Notes under the pieces: generated by a model
The model's database searches: none
The model's input: the letters and a program-made list of their open reading frames with translations, nothing else
Told to the model about the DNA's origin: nothing
Source: the human T2T-CHM13v2.0 reference genome, Homo sapiens
Strand: one strand, 5' to 3'
Assembly (NCBI RefSeq): GCF_009914755.1
Contig: NC_060940.1
Length of the DNA: 64,000 nt
Made by a program: the position numbers and the translations under genes
Shown here: in pieces, positions 62,008 through 64,000 of the stretch
Position numbering within the stretch: the first letter of the stretch is position 1
How the letters are laid out: every line of letters begins with the position of its first letter

Positions 62008-63533
62008 CTATTTTCTCTCAGTAAAAGAATGGAAATTGGACCACTAAAACCTAACCTACAAACGTGCACACAAGAGGCCTGCAGTCTTGTTTAGTATCCA
62101 ACAGGTGCTTGTCTGGCACAGCCTGCATGAGAGAATGAGTGCACACTCATCTCTGTACCCAATCCAGGACTGACCACTCCGCAACCTTCTACGGGACCCA
62201 CTTATGCTAAATGCATCAGTAACACATATTTTTGTGATAATTCAACTAAACAACCACATAGGCTGCAGAAGGCATGAATGTATAGGAGGTACTGACTCCT
62301 CTGGGGAGAGGAAGCCTGCTGGTCACAGGAAGAAGATGCCATGGGACACCGCCTGGCTGGGAGAAGGAGGAGCACATTCAGATCCTGGGGAGGGGCCACG
62401 ACACAGGACTAGCAGGAGGCACAGGTCTGAGTGAGGACCGCCGCCTCCAAAGCCAATCCTTGCCTTTTTGTTTCCAGATTGGGAGGCTTGTCTGGGATGA
62501 GCCACCCTGATGGATGATGCCTTTCAGAACGACATAGACCTAAGGCCACCTTCAGTTTCACCATGAGAATGCATCTGAACAAGCTTTAACACACAGTGTG
62601 ACCTAGCTAGGAACTTAGCCTGGTGATACTAGCGTTACAACATCCATTTTTGTGTATTTATGTATTATAAATACAAGTGAATTTTAATTCCTAAAATTGA
62701 GGTGGGAATATCAGTACACAAAAAAGGAAAACTTAACTCTCCTAAGTTCCTAAATATTCGTATGTGATGATGTTTGGTGTTGGAGTCTAGGCAGGTTTTC
62801 TAAATGGGAAATCTGACATAAGTAGAGGAGATAAAGTAGATTCTTAATGACAGAAGAAAAGAAGTGCTCAAAGCTATGGGTCAACAATCTTCCTCCTCTT
62901 CCTGCCTATAAAGTGAACTCAAGGGTTGCGTTCCACTGCCTTTCACAGCATCATCAGGCTGGAGCTCGGGAGGCCCGCCACTGCTGCTCGGCTTCCATTA
63001 TGAGCGACTGTCACACACAGAGATCACAACGGCAGTTTCATCTGCTGCAGGGAGATGAGGAGACTGAAAGGCTTCCTTGTTGCTGAAAATATCTGTACTT
63101 AAAGAAGCTGCTGGGAAAAGGAACAACCCCTCGGCTGCCCGCTTACTCAACAGCAGAGAGCTGACGGGCTCAACAGTGAAGGCAGAGCCCTCACTTCCTG
63201 CTAACAATCATGGCGTTTAGGAGAAATGAACCAGTATTTTCTGTTTCCAGAATCAACAACATTAGAAGCTGCAGCCCTAACTGAATTCTCTCCACCTGGC
63301 AAATACAAGTGTGCAAACAGGCCAGGTAGCCCACTATCCACCTTCCCTCCACTCTGTTCCTCACTTGATATAACACTGGAGAGAGGAAAACAACGGCAAG
63401 AGAAGACAGTGTTTCCAGCAAGCACATGGTTATTCTCCAAAGGCCAGTCTGGCCAATGTCAACATTCTCAAGAATTTGGCTGCAAACTGTAAGGGAAGAA
63501 CAGAGAAAGGAGGAAAGAGATGGATATCTACCC

Positions 63534-63667
63534 CTTTTTTTTTTTTGGTAGAGATGAGGTCTCACTATGTTGCCCCAGCTGCTCTCAAACTACTAGCCTC
63601 AAACAATCCTCCTGCCTTGGCCTCCCAAAGTGCTGGGATTACAGGTGTGAGCTACCACAACCAGCCA
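63534..63667 (-). mobile_element. FLAM/Alu monomer
   Basis: Alu left-arm consensus. Confidence 0.88.
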
Positions 63668-64000
63668 AGTATCTAGCTTTATTAAGGATTACTAACAAAA
63701 TAATATCTGGCATCAGAAGCTGAAATCAATATTCAATTTACTTAAAGAGAACTTAAAATATAAAGACATTTAATACTATTTGCCTATATTAATTAATTTT
63801 TAAATTAGCATAGAATAACTTCCAAATACGCAGAGTTTTGTGTGTTATCACAACACTCAACTAAAACTTCATCTAGATAGAAGAAGTACAATTTATTTTT
63901 GGGGAAAATACAGTAACAAGATAAATGCCAGCCCCAAAGACATCCTTTTACAACTGAGAGTAAAGAAACACGGGCCACCGATGAAAGTGAGAACATGTGA

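Overview
Human (primate) genomic DNA carrying two genes in tandem on the minus strand. The right half holds the 3' part of MBTPS1 (site-1 protease/SKI-1): 13 coding exons at 61984-34575, with a poly(A) signal at 33915-33920. The left half holds the 5' part of SLC38A8 (SNAT8 amino-acid transporter): a probable non-coding first exon near 22.6-22.8 kb and six coding exons at 22227-2843. All 19 coding exons were checked by hand; they have GT-AG boundaries and join in frame. Exon numbers and c. positions follow my recollection of the reference transcripts. The rest is rich in Alu, L1, L2/CR1, MIR, MaLR/ERV LTR and MER DNA-transposon remnants. It also contains a tailless 5S rRNA retropseudogene, a ~1.6 kb 28/29-bp VNTR between the genes and a 50-bp minisatellite inside an L1. 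The most unusual signal is a set of alternative, frame-compatible destinations for the phase-1 donor of MBTPS1 exon 22: a decayed ~80%-identical copy of the terminal transmembrane exon inside intron 22, a cryptic acceptor in frame with a >700-codon open frame through the VNTR, and an in-frame read-through junction to SLC38A8 exon 2. None of these can be shown to be expressed from sequence alone. Repeat family names are pattern recognition and their boundaries are approximate.
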